Shown: positions 24,168 through 37,939 of the stretch, piece after piece
Layout: each line of letters opens with the position of its first letter
How positions within the stretch are numbered: position 1 is the stretch's first letter
NCBI RefSeq assembly: GCF_006345805.1
Contig: NC_043006.1
Span: 22,196,001 to 22,260,000, forward strand
Length of the DNA stretch: 64,000 nucleotides
Direction: 5' to 3'
DNA from: Octopus sinensis
Taxonomy: Eukaryota
Notes under the pieces: model-generated
The model's input: only the letters and a program-made list of their open reading frames with translations
Told to the model about the DNA's origin: nothing
Database searches by the model: none
Program-made: the position numbers and the translations under genes

Positions 24168-27100
24168 TAAGGTATGTAGAAAAATACAACATGGACAAGA
24201 ACGTATAACTCTTAGAAGACGACACAATAAACACGGACAGGACACTCGAAACCCTCAGTCTTCAGTCAAGAACCGGATCATCGTAGTAATTTCGGCTGAT
24301 TAATATATATATATATATAGAGAGAGAGAGTGTGTGTGTGTATTATGTTTTAGAGTTGGAGTGTTCGAGTGTCCACAGAGCTTGCTTTACTATAATGAAA
24401 AGGAACTAACCACATTTCTTTTCTTTTCTTTTTTGTTTTTGAAATGTCATGCATGAGTGTTAAGTGGAGGTTGTTTTTAAGTTACCAATTAATATGCTTC
24501 ATCAGACAGACCTAGTAGGACAGCAGTGACACAGAGAGGTCAAATTACTCAACTATCACCAATCCGCATCTTCACCTTATCAAGAAACATGACCATTCAC
24601 CCCACTCCCACCACAAAGAAGAAACAATATATATGTTTCATTTTATGCTTGGTCCCATGTTTACTAAGACTTGCTAAAAACCCGAAGTGATTATACAAAT
24701 CAACATTTATATACTTTAACGTTCATATATTTCGTGCGTACATCCATCCATCCCTACATACATACGAAACGAGTACGTTCTTTTAAAGATTCGAGGCAAT
24801 ATGAAAAAAAATAGAATGATTGAGAATAAACAAGTTAACAAAATTATTATAATAAAATGACTTTTCTGGACAAAAAGTCTTGGAGCAAGTCTAGCGACCG
24901 ACTTCTGACACAGAGTTTGTTGGTTAAATCTTCATAATTAGGTCTTTAGAAGAGACTGACCAATGCTTCCACACACACATATACATAACTTTGTCAGTCT
25001 ATATCAATATTTCCTGAACAAGATATTTTATTTTGTACTAGCGAAATGTATAATGGAGATAGAATGGACATGGAATTTAGTGATGTTCGTGCATTTCCAA
25101 CAGCAAAATGGCAACAATTCTGGTAATTCGAAATATATGATGCAGGTTTATTCCACACAAAACCTACTGCATCATAGCATTTCACTACTTCTTTCTAGAT
25201 ACATACACCTTGGCAAATAAACAATAAGCCCACTTAGTAAATGTCTTTAATTAGACATAAGATTTAGGGTGCGGGATATGAAACGAGACGGTGGAGAAAA
25301 ATGAAGTTAACGATGTTCATTCATATATGTTTTCGCGTAGCGCAATGTCTTATAAATCGGTCTTCGATCTACATTCGAAACCGGGTTCTCTCGTGAGGAA
25401 CTTCTATAGGTACATTAAGACCTGCAACCCTACAACAGGCATCGCCAACAACATTGCAATTAGCGTCACTGCCCTTGATGCCAGCAACATACACCGAAAG
25501 AAATACATTAGCACTCATATGCATACATACAAAAAAACAACAACCAAATACATACATACATGTGTATGTGTGTACATATAGACATCAAAATAAAATGATA
25601 TAACGAATGCAGTAAATTCAAGAGCGTATACACAATTAATTGTGCATGTATACTGGTTGGTGTATGTGTGTGTGTGTGTAACCTACAATTATATATACAC
25701 ATATAAACCTACAATTAGCATCACCTAAAATGCAATTATGGAAATATCATCCTGTCACGTAGAAAATATCATTGTAGAGAGAGAGAAAGAGGAAGAAAAG
25801 CACAATATATATGTATGTGTGTGTGTTGTACGATGTAGTGGGTAGGTGGGAGAAAGTTGTTGCGATAAAAAAAAAAACATTTAGGAAAATATGCGAGCAA
25901 CGATTAACATTAAAGAAAGTATGTAAATGTTTCACCCAAAACACGCATGCAATAAAAATTCGTTCGGTGGTTTTTATCATAGAGTAACATTAAGGCATGC
26001 AAAAAAAAAAGTTTCTATTTCCATCACAGAGACGGAGTATAACAACTTTCTAAATTTCATGAGAGAAAGGGAGATATAGGGAGAGAAAGGAGAGATGCTG
26101 AAGCGGTGGTGGTGGTGGTACAAGAACATGAGCAAACGATGAGACAAGTGGTTAAATTGCCAGACTAGATGGAGAAGATATAGCTGACATCTCCTCTCAT
26201 CTCATCTCCATTATTGGTTTCGCTTTATTTTCTTTCAGGGAAATATATTGTTATAAACAGAGAGAGAGAATGAGAGAGTGTGTGAAAAAGTGTGTGTGAG
26301 AGAGATAAAATGAAAATGTGTGAAGCATGAAATATATTCTCCACCCACAGCAGTAAGAACTTAGTTTACACAAGTCAATTAAGGGTGGTAGCAGATAGTA
26401 AGTGTGTGTGTGTGTGTGTTTGGTTTATGTATGTATGTATCCAGGATAAGTGTCTACCAGGGGAGTTGCCTGTTTGTGTAGGCGGAAGAAAAAATAATAA
26501 AACGAAGTCGGTTCACTTTCGCTCTGCTTCTTTCCTTTTTCGTTACGTCTGCAATTACGATCCGACAGAGAAAGCACAAAAATTGTCCATTCAACTTCTC
26601 GATTAGGGCAGTAAACTCGGCACACATATACCTTGTGCGACATTTCTTCCGGATCTCTACCTTCTGAGTTCGAACTCCGTCGAAATCAACTCTACCCTTC
26701 TATCCTTTTTGTGGTCGATAAAATAAATTATCAATCAAGTTCTGAGGATGATGGTACAGACTAACCTCTTCCCCTAAAATTTCAGGCCGTGTGCCTGTGT
26801 CAGAAATAATTATTAATAAGTGTCACACTCACGGCAGAAGATATATATTCCTCGTAAAAATTGTTCCATATTTGTTGGTTTATAGGTTACATACATAAAA
26901 CATACAACGGGTTTCTCTTGAATGGTTAGCATTAAAATTGAGATATTTCTTAGGGCATAGTTAAAACGAAACCTGTGCTCATTTTCGAGACACCCTGCGC
27001 AATAAAATAGATAATTAGACTAAAAGCATTCCACTCGCAATTTTTGCTCAAAACTGAATCACTTTATTGGAATTAATATCCAAAGAATTTAAAGTTTTCT

Positions 27101-27890
27101 TTCGGAAATATGTGATCGAATCACACACACACATTGTCATTACTTATATACACATACTTAAACATCAACACCGTGATCACAAAATCATACGCAATAATAG
27201 TATGATAAATCATTCACCTAAGCGCAAAAGAAAACATCCGTAAACTAAGAAATATCATGCCATAAATTCAAGCATGCACGTTGAACCACTCTAATATATA
27301 TATATACACAGTAACAAACCAGATAAGCTATAAAGATCAACTGCAACCCACACAACGTGGGGGTCCTTATGCAATCAAAAACCAAAGAGGAAGACTCTTG
27401 CTGGTCGCTAAAACTGCTAAAAATAGCAACAGTATTTGCTTCAAATCAAACCCTTAACATCTTAATAACGCGCGCACACATGCACAAAACAGTATGATAC
27501 ATTGGAACATTGGATAATGTAGTCGTAGACAAACTACAGCTGAAGAAAAAAAAGACGGGTTGGTCACGAAAGAACATTTTTGATCATGGGTCTGTCTGTT
27601 TCAACAAAGCTGACCTGAGGTTCGAGAACGAGACAATGTTAGAATTTAATGGTCATGGAGGGGTTAGTGTAGAGAGAGAGAGAGATCATCATTTGAATAA
27701 ATCAAAATTTGATAATAATTTGCAAAGGGGGGGGGGGAAGTGTGAGATCAAATACAGCTGCAGGAAAACATTAAAAAAAAAATTGTGTTTACATATATTT
27801 TCATAAACAACTATTTTCGCACCATTAAATCAGCTTCTAATTTAAACTTTCGTCCCTAGCAACAAAAAACCTAACCATATATGCATACAC

Positions 27891-27928
<38 letters not shown>

Positions 27929-27964
27929 TCTAAGTATAAATATTTCGGATTTATGATTTAATGA

Positions 27965-28093
<129 letters not shown>

Positions 28094-29477
28094 CATACGC
28101 ACATTTGAATGTATGCATATGTATGTGTGTATGTATTGATTTGTGGTTGAGACAAAGACTTGGATTTAAAAGGACACGGAAATGACGTTGTGATGTTCAT
28201 GCCTTTTCCAAGCATGAACATCATATGATATATTTTTACACGCAAAAATCTCAGGCTTTAATCTTTATTGAATGCTTTTAAATAGATTGCAATGGACATA
28301 TACACGCATATAATAATATATATACACGCAAAATGTATGCGAATGCATATGTATTTGTCTAACAACTAGACAGTGCAATAAATTAAAAGTTGTACAGCCC
28401 TAGGTCAACCCGATTTGAGTAGATTATGATGAAAGATATCACAGCCCGTGACCATCTCGAAAGTGTCCGCAGGATGTCGGCACCTAGTGTGCTTCCCTGA
28501 TAAAACGCTATGGTGTAATTTGAGGGAAATTTGGCTGCTGTTTCTCGCAGGTCCAGTAACAACATAGAGGCTCTTTCATTGGTTCGAGATTAAAAAGCAG
28601 AATTCTGTTACCAGGTTTCGTTTCTCGATTTTTAGCGTTTTATTTCGATTTCTACTCGCATCATTCGTGCTTTTTTTTAAAAAAGAAAGCATGAATGACA
28701 CAGCCTCTTCATTAGCTATTCAGTAAATAAAGTCATCGTGTATTTGTGGACAAAACTGAAAAATCATTTACCAGTTATTAAATACGCGTTAAATATCAGA
28801 GTAGTGTTAAAACTGTCATCGAAAGAAGTGCTCCGAGGACATTCGTTATGCGTGATGTTTGTGTTGACCGAGGGTCGTGGACCAATGTAGCTGAAATGAA
28901 TTATCAAAACCAGGAATCGAAACCACTCTAGAGACTCGAATCATACTGGAGGGTCAACCTTTATTCTACGCCGTTCGTTTAGATGTTGCTTGGCTGAAAG
29001 ATCACCACCTTGATTGTGCAGAAACTGAAATCGAAGGCGTTTGAACATCTTATTTTCAAACAAAACGTATCTTGAGTACACTACATTATCTAACGTGGCT
29101 GTTTTCTGTTGTCATTCTTTAAGAAGATGGGAGATGATTTGAGGGAGACTTAGTTGATACATCAAACAGGTCAAGTAACCAAATAAAGGCACACTATCTT
29201 TGTTTGTTATTGCTGTAGGCTAGCATCAGGTCAACCCTGAAGCAGACAAATGGTCAAAAAGCTTTCCAGCCAGGAGCACCCCCCATTTCTTTTAAGGTAC
29301 AGTGTGTGTAATACATTATTCAATGTGATCTTACTTTCTTTTTTTAACACGGAAGGATATGATTTAACAGACATTTTTGCTGTTGTTTCTAGCATGTCAA
29401 ACGACTAAATAGAGACACCCTTGTTCATTTAGATGTTTAAGGGCCGGAAAAAAAGTTATAAGAAATGTAGTACTCAC

Positions 29478-29633
29478 CACGTAGAGTAGAGTGTAAAGGA
29501 ACAACCAAAGTTTGTTGCAGCTATAGGCAGTGTTTGCACACAGGGGTTTGCAGGGGTGCTTCATAAGATGCGGGTTACGGTGTTTCTCGGCCTCAAGCAT
29601 CTTCTGCTGGGCTGTGTCCTGATTAGGCGCCAT
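29478..29633 (-). CDS. Probable first coding exon (MAPNQDTAQQKMLEAEKHRNPHLMKHPCKPLCANTAYSCNKLWLFLYTLLYV)
   Basis: ATG in a good Kozak context (GTTATGG), 52 codons, phase-0 donor G|GTGAGT at 29477, unique sequence downstream of a promoter-like region. Confidence 0.65.
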
Positions 29634-29974
29634 AACTTTTGGACTTTTTGGCAAGGTTTCACCCTTTTTTTTTTTTTAATAGATCTAATGTGATATTATT
29701 ATTGTTGTTGTTGTTGTTGTTGTCCGTGTTATTATAAACCTGAGCGAAGCGTGGATTTTTCTTTTGTAATGTGGTGGGGAAAGTAGTAGATGAAAAAAGT
29801 ATTAGCGGTAATTTGTTTGTCGAACTGTTGATGGCAGTAGTTAGGATAAATGAAAGAGCGATAGAGAGAGGGAATTAGAGAGTGGAAGGTAAACAAAAAG
29901 TGGTGGGGACAGATAGAAAGAGAGACAGAAAGACAAAGAGAGAGGGAGTAGAAAGACGAGTGCGATAGTAACTA

Positions 29975-30075
29975 TGTGGCTTGGTGGAGCCGACTTGGGC
30001 TGTTTCTGACGTCACAGCCAACCATGGTCACGTGGGCGCCGCACTATGAGGTTACCGACTTGCGCATTGAACACC
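29975..30075 (-). promoter_or_regulatory. Candidate proximal promoter
   Basis: TGACGTCA (CRE) at 30007-30014 and GTCACGTG (E-box, USF/MiT-type) at 30027-30034 in a CpG-rich patch. A pyrimidine-rich putative 5'UTR spans ~29634-29970. Confidence 0.55.
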
Positions 30076-30137
30076 CACATTGCCTCGTCTCATGCACATT
30101 CTATTTTCGCTCTCTTTTTCGTCATCTTCTTCACACA

Positions 30138-30193
<56 letters not shown>

Positions 30194-31034
30194 TGAGATA
30201 GATAAATGCACACATTTGCATGTATGTGTATGCATGCATATTTTTTACATACATATAAATAAATTTAATTTTATGTGGGTGTATGTATAACTGGGCATGT
30301 GCAACATATAAAAGATATAAAATGCATACAAAGGAACATGCATATATGTGCAAATAAACGCAATGTTTCTGTATACATAATATATATTCATACATGAACC
30401 ATTATCACAATTATTATCATCATTATGCTACATGGTGCATGAACATATCCCATCATTATAATCGTTATTATCACCATTCAGTGTCTGTTTTCCATGCAGT
30501 TGTTCAGGTTTGACAGGATCCGAAGAGCCAGAGAACTGCATTGAGCTTCAATATATGCTTTGGCATGGCTTCTATGGCCAGATACCCCTTCTTGTGCCAA
30601 CTACTTTACAGACTGCACTGGGTAGTTTTCTGATGACAATGGCACTAGTGAGGCTACCAAGTAACTCACAGGACAGAAGAAAAATTATTTATTAGTAACA
30701 GAGGTAGCATTAACACTGAGAGGTAATATTTATCCCTGCTTAAACGTGGATGTTCTGTTAGAGCAAAATATACTGAAGTAATTACGATGAATGAAACTCT
30801 CATATTGGTTTTCGTTGCAGGAATTTATCTCCCTGCTGGCAATATAAACAAGAGTGCATTTTGCACCCAAAGCCATTATGAGAGTTTCTCTCGCGATAAC
30901 TACTGCAGTATAGTCTGTTCTAACAGAACATATACTTTTAAGTAGGAATGAGATGTAAAAAAAAAAGAAGAAAAATTCTCTCAACTGAGTGGGTTTGTTG
31001 TAGATAATAAAGTGGCTTTAACCCTTTCATTACC

Positions 31035-31646
31035 TATTTCTTTACTACCCACAAGGGGCTAAACACAGAGGGGACAAACAAGGACAGACAAAAGGATTAA
31101 GTGGATTACATCGACCGCAGTGCATAACTGGTACTTAATTTATCAACCCCAGAAGGATGAAAGGCAAAGTCGACCTCGGCGGAATTTTGAACTCAGAACG
31201 TAATGGCAGACGAAATATGGCTACGCATTTCGCCCGGCGTGCTAACGTTTCTGCCAGCGCGCCACCTTTCATTACCGTATTAATTTTGACATACTCTGTG
31301 TTTCTTTCAATTGTGGCAGTAGCTGTGATACCAGTGCCGGTGGCACGTAAGGGAACCATCCGAACGTGGCCGTTGCCAGCGCCACCACGACTGGCCTCCA
31401 TGTCGGTGGCACATAAAAAGCACTATCCGATTGTGGCCGTTGCCAGCCTCATCTGGCACCTGTGCAGGTGGCACGTAAAAAGCACCCACTACACTCACGG
31501 AGTGGTTGACCTTAGTAAGGGCATCCAGCTGTAGAAACACTGCCAGATCAGACTGGGCCTGGCGCAGCCTTCTGGCTTCCCAGACCCCAGTTGAACCGTC
31601 CAACCCATGCTAGCATGGAAAACGGTTGTTAAACGATGATGATGAT
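31035..31646. mobile_element. SINE-B (~31035-31265, minus) and RTE 3'UTR fragment (~31305-31646, plus)
   Basis: Matches to the other B and C copies. (GAT)n tail at ~31635. Confidence 0.8.
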
Positions 31647-32499
31647 AACAAAGAATTTAACGAAATAACTTAGTAATCATTAAGCTAGTGTTAGGAACAT
31701 AAATTTCAACTAAGGTTTGGTAGAAGATTTCAATTCAGAACTTTTGAAAACAAGACATTTATACTACAGAGCCAGAAGCGGTTTCAGCCAGGTTGGTATC
31801 GAAAGTGTTAAGCTTGGTCTTGAGAGGCTGAAGTTCGCTGGGGGGATAGGTACAGGTATCTTGCCATAGAGGAGATATATGGCTACCCCACATACTAAGG
31901 GAGATGAGAGTGACTGGAAAGAAGATAAGATGGTAACAATGAAATGTCAGAGCATACACTCAAGGTACAAGAACCTGAGTAGAAGAGAGAATATGGGCAG
32001 AGGTTTGCTAAGGGTGGGAGAGTAAGTTTGCGAGAATGTAAGAGAAGAGTAACACATGGTTAGAGATAGGAGTAAAGGTGAATGCAGGGAATGATGAACA
32101 AGGCTGAAGGTGTGGTGAATGATAAATAAAGGTGCAGGGGTGGCTGTGTGGTAAGTAGCTTGTTTACCAACCACAGTGTTATTATACTGCTACTCTCCAC
32201 CCTTCTTTTACTGCCACTTATAACCTCCTCCTTTTTGAGTCACTCCTATTTTTTCACCTACCTCTACCCTCCATACTAATATTTATCATTCACCACACCT
32301 TCAGCCTTGTTCATCATTCTCGAGTTCAACAAATTGCCTATCAAATGCAATAGATCGATACTAGGGTCATAATTATGGGTGACAATTTCATATGACACCG
32401 CTAGAAAAAACTGCCGTTCAAACCGAAAAGATCTTGTAATTCTGCAGTTTTGAGTTGTGTTCACTTACAATGTTGTCACTTTACAGACAGTCTTACCAT

Positions 32500-33440
32500 G
32501 TCATTGACAGCAGTGTATGTTATCGGCTCATCAAGTTATCGCTTATCATTACGGAAGGTGAAGGCGGTATTGTTCGGCCAAAAGATGAAGGGCTTGTTGA
32601 GGAGTCTGCAATGGCTGTGAGTGAGGCAGAGGTCACTCGGATTGAGGGCCAGGAATCTCAGAACCCATGGCCCCACCTGGAGGATTACTTTGTCCTTACA
32701 TCAATGGATAAGAGGAATACCAATATCATGTACTTCAGGTGGATCATGCGCCTGCCCAAAGAGTCTACCATCAAGGGACAAGCGATGAGCCTCAACAACT
32801 TGAAGTCACATGCCAAGAGGAAACACCCAGCACATTCCATTTAGTTTCAGGAGAGGATCAAGGCCGGCTCTTCCTGTAGGAAACACAAACATTCTTCTGA
32901 CAGCAGTGCTAGTAGCCAGTCATTGCAGCCATGTGCAAAGAAAGAATGCCAGCCCAGCATTGGCAAGGCATTTGCCCAAACAGCTGGCACTGGCCTCCGT
33001 CAATCTATGGTGGACAGAAGGATTGTAGACCTGTTTGTCAACAACATGCTACTGCTGTATGTATATTTCTTTACTACCCACAAGGGGCTAAACATAGAGG
33101 GGACAAACAAGGACAGACAAAGGGATTAAGTCGATTACATCAACCCCAGTGCGTAACTGGTACTTAATTTATCGACCCCGAAAGGATGAAAGGCAAAGTC
33201 GACCTCGGCGGAATTTGAACTCGGAACATAACGACAGACGAAATACTGCTACGAATTTCGCCCGGCATGCTAACGTTTCTACCAGCTCACCGCTACTGCT
33301 GTATGTAGTGGAGTCGCCCACCTTGGTTGACCTGTTCAAGTCACTGAACCTCAGCAAGATGTCGATGTCCCACCACACTTTGGGCAGAATGATCTCAGCC
33401 AGCCATAAACAGCTGGTGGAGTATATTACAAAGTATTAAC
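32500..33440 (+). mobile_element. hAT transposase N-terminal remnant (BED zinc-finger-like region)
   Basis: PWPHLEDYF...NNLKSHAKRKH, then IVDLFVNNML / LYVVESP split by a SINE-B. Confidence 0.65.
33064..33291 (-). mobile_element. SINE family B inserted in the hAT
   Basis: 16-bp TSD GCTACTGCTGTATGTA at 33048-33063 and 33292-33307. Confidence 0.9.
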
Positions 33441-33659
33441 AAATTAAAATTATACAAGATTATTAAATTATTATTACGGGGTACTTCATATTTTCTTAAT
33501 TTAATTATATAATTATTTATTAAATAATTATTTTCTTAATTAACGTAATAAAATGTATAATAGCTAATTGAAATAAATGTCATAATATATAATATATGGT
33601 GTATATATTTATATATACATACATACATACATACATACATACATACATACATACATACA

Positions 33660-34218
33660 TGGTGGTAGCTGCCCCCTCGTTATCGAGTATGGCCATTGCA
33701 CGAAGATTAATCAATGTTGTTATCATGCAATGCCTATGCAAGAAAATTTTTTTTAAGTGAGGAAAAGCTGTGCACTGAGTCAATCCCACTCACTAAGCAA
33801 CAGCAGCCATAATCCGAAAAGAAGATAAAGTCAACATCATCGGTAACCACTGAGCCGCAGGCTTTATGTCGGAGTTATCCCAGTTACCTGAGTTACTTTC
33901 TCCTAGAAGTATGCCCTAACAAAGGCTAGGAGTCCTTCACTCCCAATGGTTTAACCGCGCGATCGGGTATTCAGTCCGATTATTTCTATGTCCCTGCACA
34001 TGATACAGCCTTAAGACATTTATTGAATGACCGTTGACTCTCAAGAGTTCCTCCGCCCTTTGACAGGTTTTGTTTTTCATCCCGCAGGGTGTCCAATAAA
34101 CACCCTCCTCACCAAGCAAGCTTGGTGGGGTTGCCGGTTTAGTCGCCGATGACCTGACCATGCAACAGGTTGTACTGGATTACATGTTACCAGTAGCACT
34201 CGAAAGTGACCTGACATA
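33660..34218 (-). mobile_element. Non-coding retroposon resembling RTE 5'UTR sequence, with an (ATGT)n tail
   Basis: On the minus strand TTAGGGCATACTTCTAGGAGAAAGTAACTC resembles an RTE UTR motif (from recall). Ends in (ATGT)n. A degraded relative lies at ~19350-19490. Confidence 0.45.
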
Positions 34219-34291
34219 TACATACATACATATATATTCCACTCATGATTAAGTCTGCTCAGCCAAAACAGCAGTCTTTAATGGAATGGAT

Positions 34292-34676
34292 GGAAGCACT
34301 CCGTCGGTTACGACGACGAGCGTTCCGGTTGATCCGAATCAATGGAACAGCCTGCTCGTGAAATTAACGTGTAAGTGGCTGAGCACTCCACAGACACGTG
34401 CACCCTTAACGTAGTTCTCGGGGATATTCAGCATGACACAGAGAGTGACAAGGCCGGCCCTTTGAAATACAGGTACAACAGAAACAGGAAGTAAGAGTGA
34501 GAGAAAGTTGTGGTGAAAGAGTACAGCAGGGATCACCACCATCCCCTGCCGGAGCCTCGTGGAGCTTTTAGGTGTTTTCGCTCAATAAACACTCACAACG
34601 CCTGGTCTGGGAATCGAAACCGCGATCCTATGACCGCGAGTCCGATGCCCTAACCATTGGGCCATTGCGCCTCCAC
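34292..34676 (-). mobile_element. tRNA-derived SINE family D
   Basis: tRNA-like head GGAGGCGCAATGGCCCAATGGTTAGGGC...GGTTTCGATTCCC. Near-identical to 46604-46986. Confidence 0.85.
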
Positions 34677-35472
34677 TTTCTTTAATGGAATAATGAATAA
34701 ACGAACCTCAAGTTCTGAACTTTTCAAATTCCAATCATAATTCCATCCCTTATCTCAGTTATTCACCCCCCACCCCCAACACGTCACCTATCAGGGTAGT
34801 GTCACTATTTTCAAAAGTTTAATAACAAGGCTTTAAATTATAAGCAAAATTTCCATGCATTTAGAACAGCCTAGTAACAAATGTTAAATAACAATGTGTG
34901 ATTTGTATAAACAAAATACGGTTGTAAGATACTACGATCAAATGTCCTACCTTTTTCCAACTTGCAAAAATTGTACAAACCACGTGCTCACAAAAACCAT
35001 AGCAGCTTATGAGAATCTAGTTTTTTCTTTTTTTTTTTTTTAGTAGGCCTTGATCATACTCTGTGTCAGTTTATATATTGTGGCAGTGAATTATTTCCCT
35101 GTTGGTTTTAAATTGTTGCAAGCCACCTTGATTATTTTAAAATTTTCACATTGCCATTTTGTGAGATCTGTCACTGATTTCAATGGCATTCTCCATGATA
35201 TTGACAGGGTGAGTTGGCCACTACTAGCTGTGATGGAGTGAGCATTACTGATGAGTATTAATTTGCTATACAAACTTAGCATGCTAATCTAACGCATCAC
35301 ACTCACAGTGGGAAGGGTTTTCTCCCTGTCAATACAAAGAACCCATGTACTTTTGTGGCTAAAGAGTCTATGACTCCTATTTCTAGCAATGCTAGTGCTC
35401 ACTGCATCCTTGTCACTCTTAGAGATGGTGAATTATTTCCTTGTTGGTTTTAGATTGCTGCTAGTCACCTTG

Positions 35473-35549
<77 letters not shown>

Positions 35550-35575
35550 CATCATTATTATTATTATATATATAT

Positions 35576-36167
35576 ATTAGAAATATTGAATTTCTAAATG
35601 TCTCAGAGAGACATGAGCGGTGGTGGAGCGATAGAGTGGTCGTATACTGTCAACTCAATGTGACAGTCCCGTAAGGGAATTACACCACCACCATTTAGCC
35701 CAAGGATACATCAACATCTCCTGTCGGCTTTGACACATTTTCTGTGTCCTTATATTTGCAAAGGGGAAGCAATCACCCCCGTCAGCTGGGACTAGCACCT
35801 GAAGACATATCTTTCTGAGTCTATTGCTCATCATCAGTCTCACTCGCTGAGACATTTAGAAATTCAATATTTCTAATTTCGGTGATCAGTAAATAAATTT
35901 TACTGAAAATAGGATATATTTGCGAAGAGGTTGCAGTCATCTCAGCGAGCGAGACTGACTACCCTGGACTGACAACGAGCAATAGACTCAGAAACATATG
36001 TCTCCAGGTTGCTAGTTTTAGCTGGCGGGGGTGATTGCCTCCCCTTTGCAAATATAAGGACACAGAAAATGTGTCAAAGCCGACAGAGATGTCGATGTTT
36101 CTAGGGCTAAATGGCGGTGGTGTAATTCCCTTACAGGACCGTCACATTGAGTTGACAGTATACGACC

Positions 36168-36168
<1 letters not shown>
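35576..36168. repeat. Nested inverted repeat
   Basis: Perfect 31-bp IR at 35576-35606/35847-35877, plus ~215-bp IR at ~35638-35852/35940-36168. Confidence 0.85.
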
Positions 36169-36221
<53 letters not shown>

Positions 36222-36290
36222 CATTTATATTGTGAAATTTGATTTAATACTAAATTGAATTTTTCCCTGTAAGTTTGGAGTTACACTCCC

Positions 36291-36323
<33 letters not shown>

Positions 36324-36552
36324 CATTATTATTATTATATATATATATATAATGATAATAATAATAATAATTATAATAATAATTATAATACAAATAATAA
36401 ATGATATATATGCATATATACATACGTATATGTACATACTTCGGCGTAGGAGTGGCTGTGTGGTAAGTAGCTTGCTTACCAACCACATGTTTCCGGGTTC
36501 AATCCCACTGAAACCATTATTATTATTATTATCATTATTATTATTATTATAA

Positions 36553-37453
36553 ATCCAATATACAAGTCTGTATAAAAACAGCTAGGCCAGAGTAACAAAT
36601 GCCATAGAGACCATTGTAGAGATAGCCCTAATGGAGACCAATGAGAAGGGCAGCAGCACCGCTAGCAATGAGGATGCAGAAGGTGATTTCTTCAGCAACA
36701 TCACTCAGTTCCAAGAGAGCAGGAGCCACAGGTCACCGAAATCCAAGGTGCAGAACTTGGTGGAGTCCTGGCTAGAGGCTGTTTCGGGGGGAGGTCCTGA
36801 CTGAAGTCACCTTTTTGGGTGAGCAGGCCTTGATTGACCTGTTCACCAAGTATAACACCACCATCCCAGCCAGCACTGCAGTTGAGCACCTATTTTCTAT
36901 GGGCAAAGATGTTTTGAGGGTCAAGAGAGCCACCCTGTCAGAGGGTAACTTTGAGAGGCTGATGTTTATGAAGGGCAACCAGCATCACGTGAAGGTGATG
37001 GAGAAGGCCCAGCCAGAGTAGTACACCTTGATCATTATCTGATCTTGTCATGATACCTATGCTATACGATACCGTTTTGATTCATTTAATACTTTTTGTA
37101 CAGTAAATAATATGTATGATGACTGAAAAAAACTGATGTTTAATTTTATTTGTTCATTTAATTATTTGCATATACCTTGATCATCATCTGATCTTGGCAT
37201 GCTACACCTTTTTGGAAAGCTCTATATCTAAGCTACAAAATGAAAATTTCAGCTCTCTATGCCTGTTTTTAAGGGTTTTAGAGCAAAAAAAAAAAAAAAA
37301 ATTGAAACTAAATTCATATGATAAAAGGTAGTGGTTATCAACATTAGCTTCTGCTAATATTTTTACCAGTTTAGCGTTTGCAAAGCTAACTTTTTTAATT
37401 AACAAATTAGCGATTAGTGAAGATAACTCTTTGGTTTGCCATGCCTACCACTG
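36553..37453 (+). mobile_element. hAT C-terminal (dimerisation domain) remnant and right end
   Basis: YNTTIPASTAVEHLFSMGKDVLRVKRATLSEGNFERLMF, stop at 37021, TTAGC/GCTAAC subterminal repeats, terminal CACTG. Confidence 0.75.
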
Positions 37454-37939
37454 AATACAGATATGTGTACATTAGTAGAAATTATACAAATTTATTGATA
37501 TTGTATGTGTAAGGTGTAAGGTATGAGCCTATGCAAGGTACTAGTAACTAGTCTGGCAGTTTCAGGAATTGAAGTTCTTCCTCACAAATGAATGCAGATT
37601 ACAAGCGCTTCTGAAACATCAGTGTCCAGAAAGTCAGTGTTGTACCTGTATCTGAGCATGCATCTGATCACCCTCATCTGCTACCCAATACAATCTAACT
37701 TTGCCCTGTTTTTACAGCCACCCATCACTCTTCTCAAGGCCACTTCTTTTTACCTTTATCTCTTCACCCATCCTTACCTTTATCCACCTGTACAATCACC
37801 AACCACTCATCACCCAATTTCACTCCAAACAACCCGGCATTTTTCCATCATGTTCTTGCTCCTTCCACCCATTCACCCTTACCTTTGTCCACTTCTGCTA
37901 TTGCCAATCACCTGCTCTTGACTCCACATCACCAAGTAA

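Noticed and set aside
34600-34676. tRNA-like heads of SINE-D (and of families A, B, E)
   Set aside because: They have A/B boxes but no complete cloverleaf, and continue into SINE bodies, several with TSDs. They are not tRNA genes.
35050-35480. Two ~50-bp related segments translating on the minus strand as QQFKTNREIIH and QQSKTNKEIIHH
   Set aside because: Too degenerate to assign. Possibly old LINE remnants, so no feature was called.
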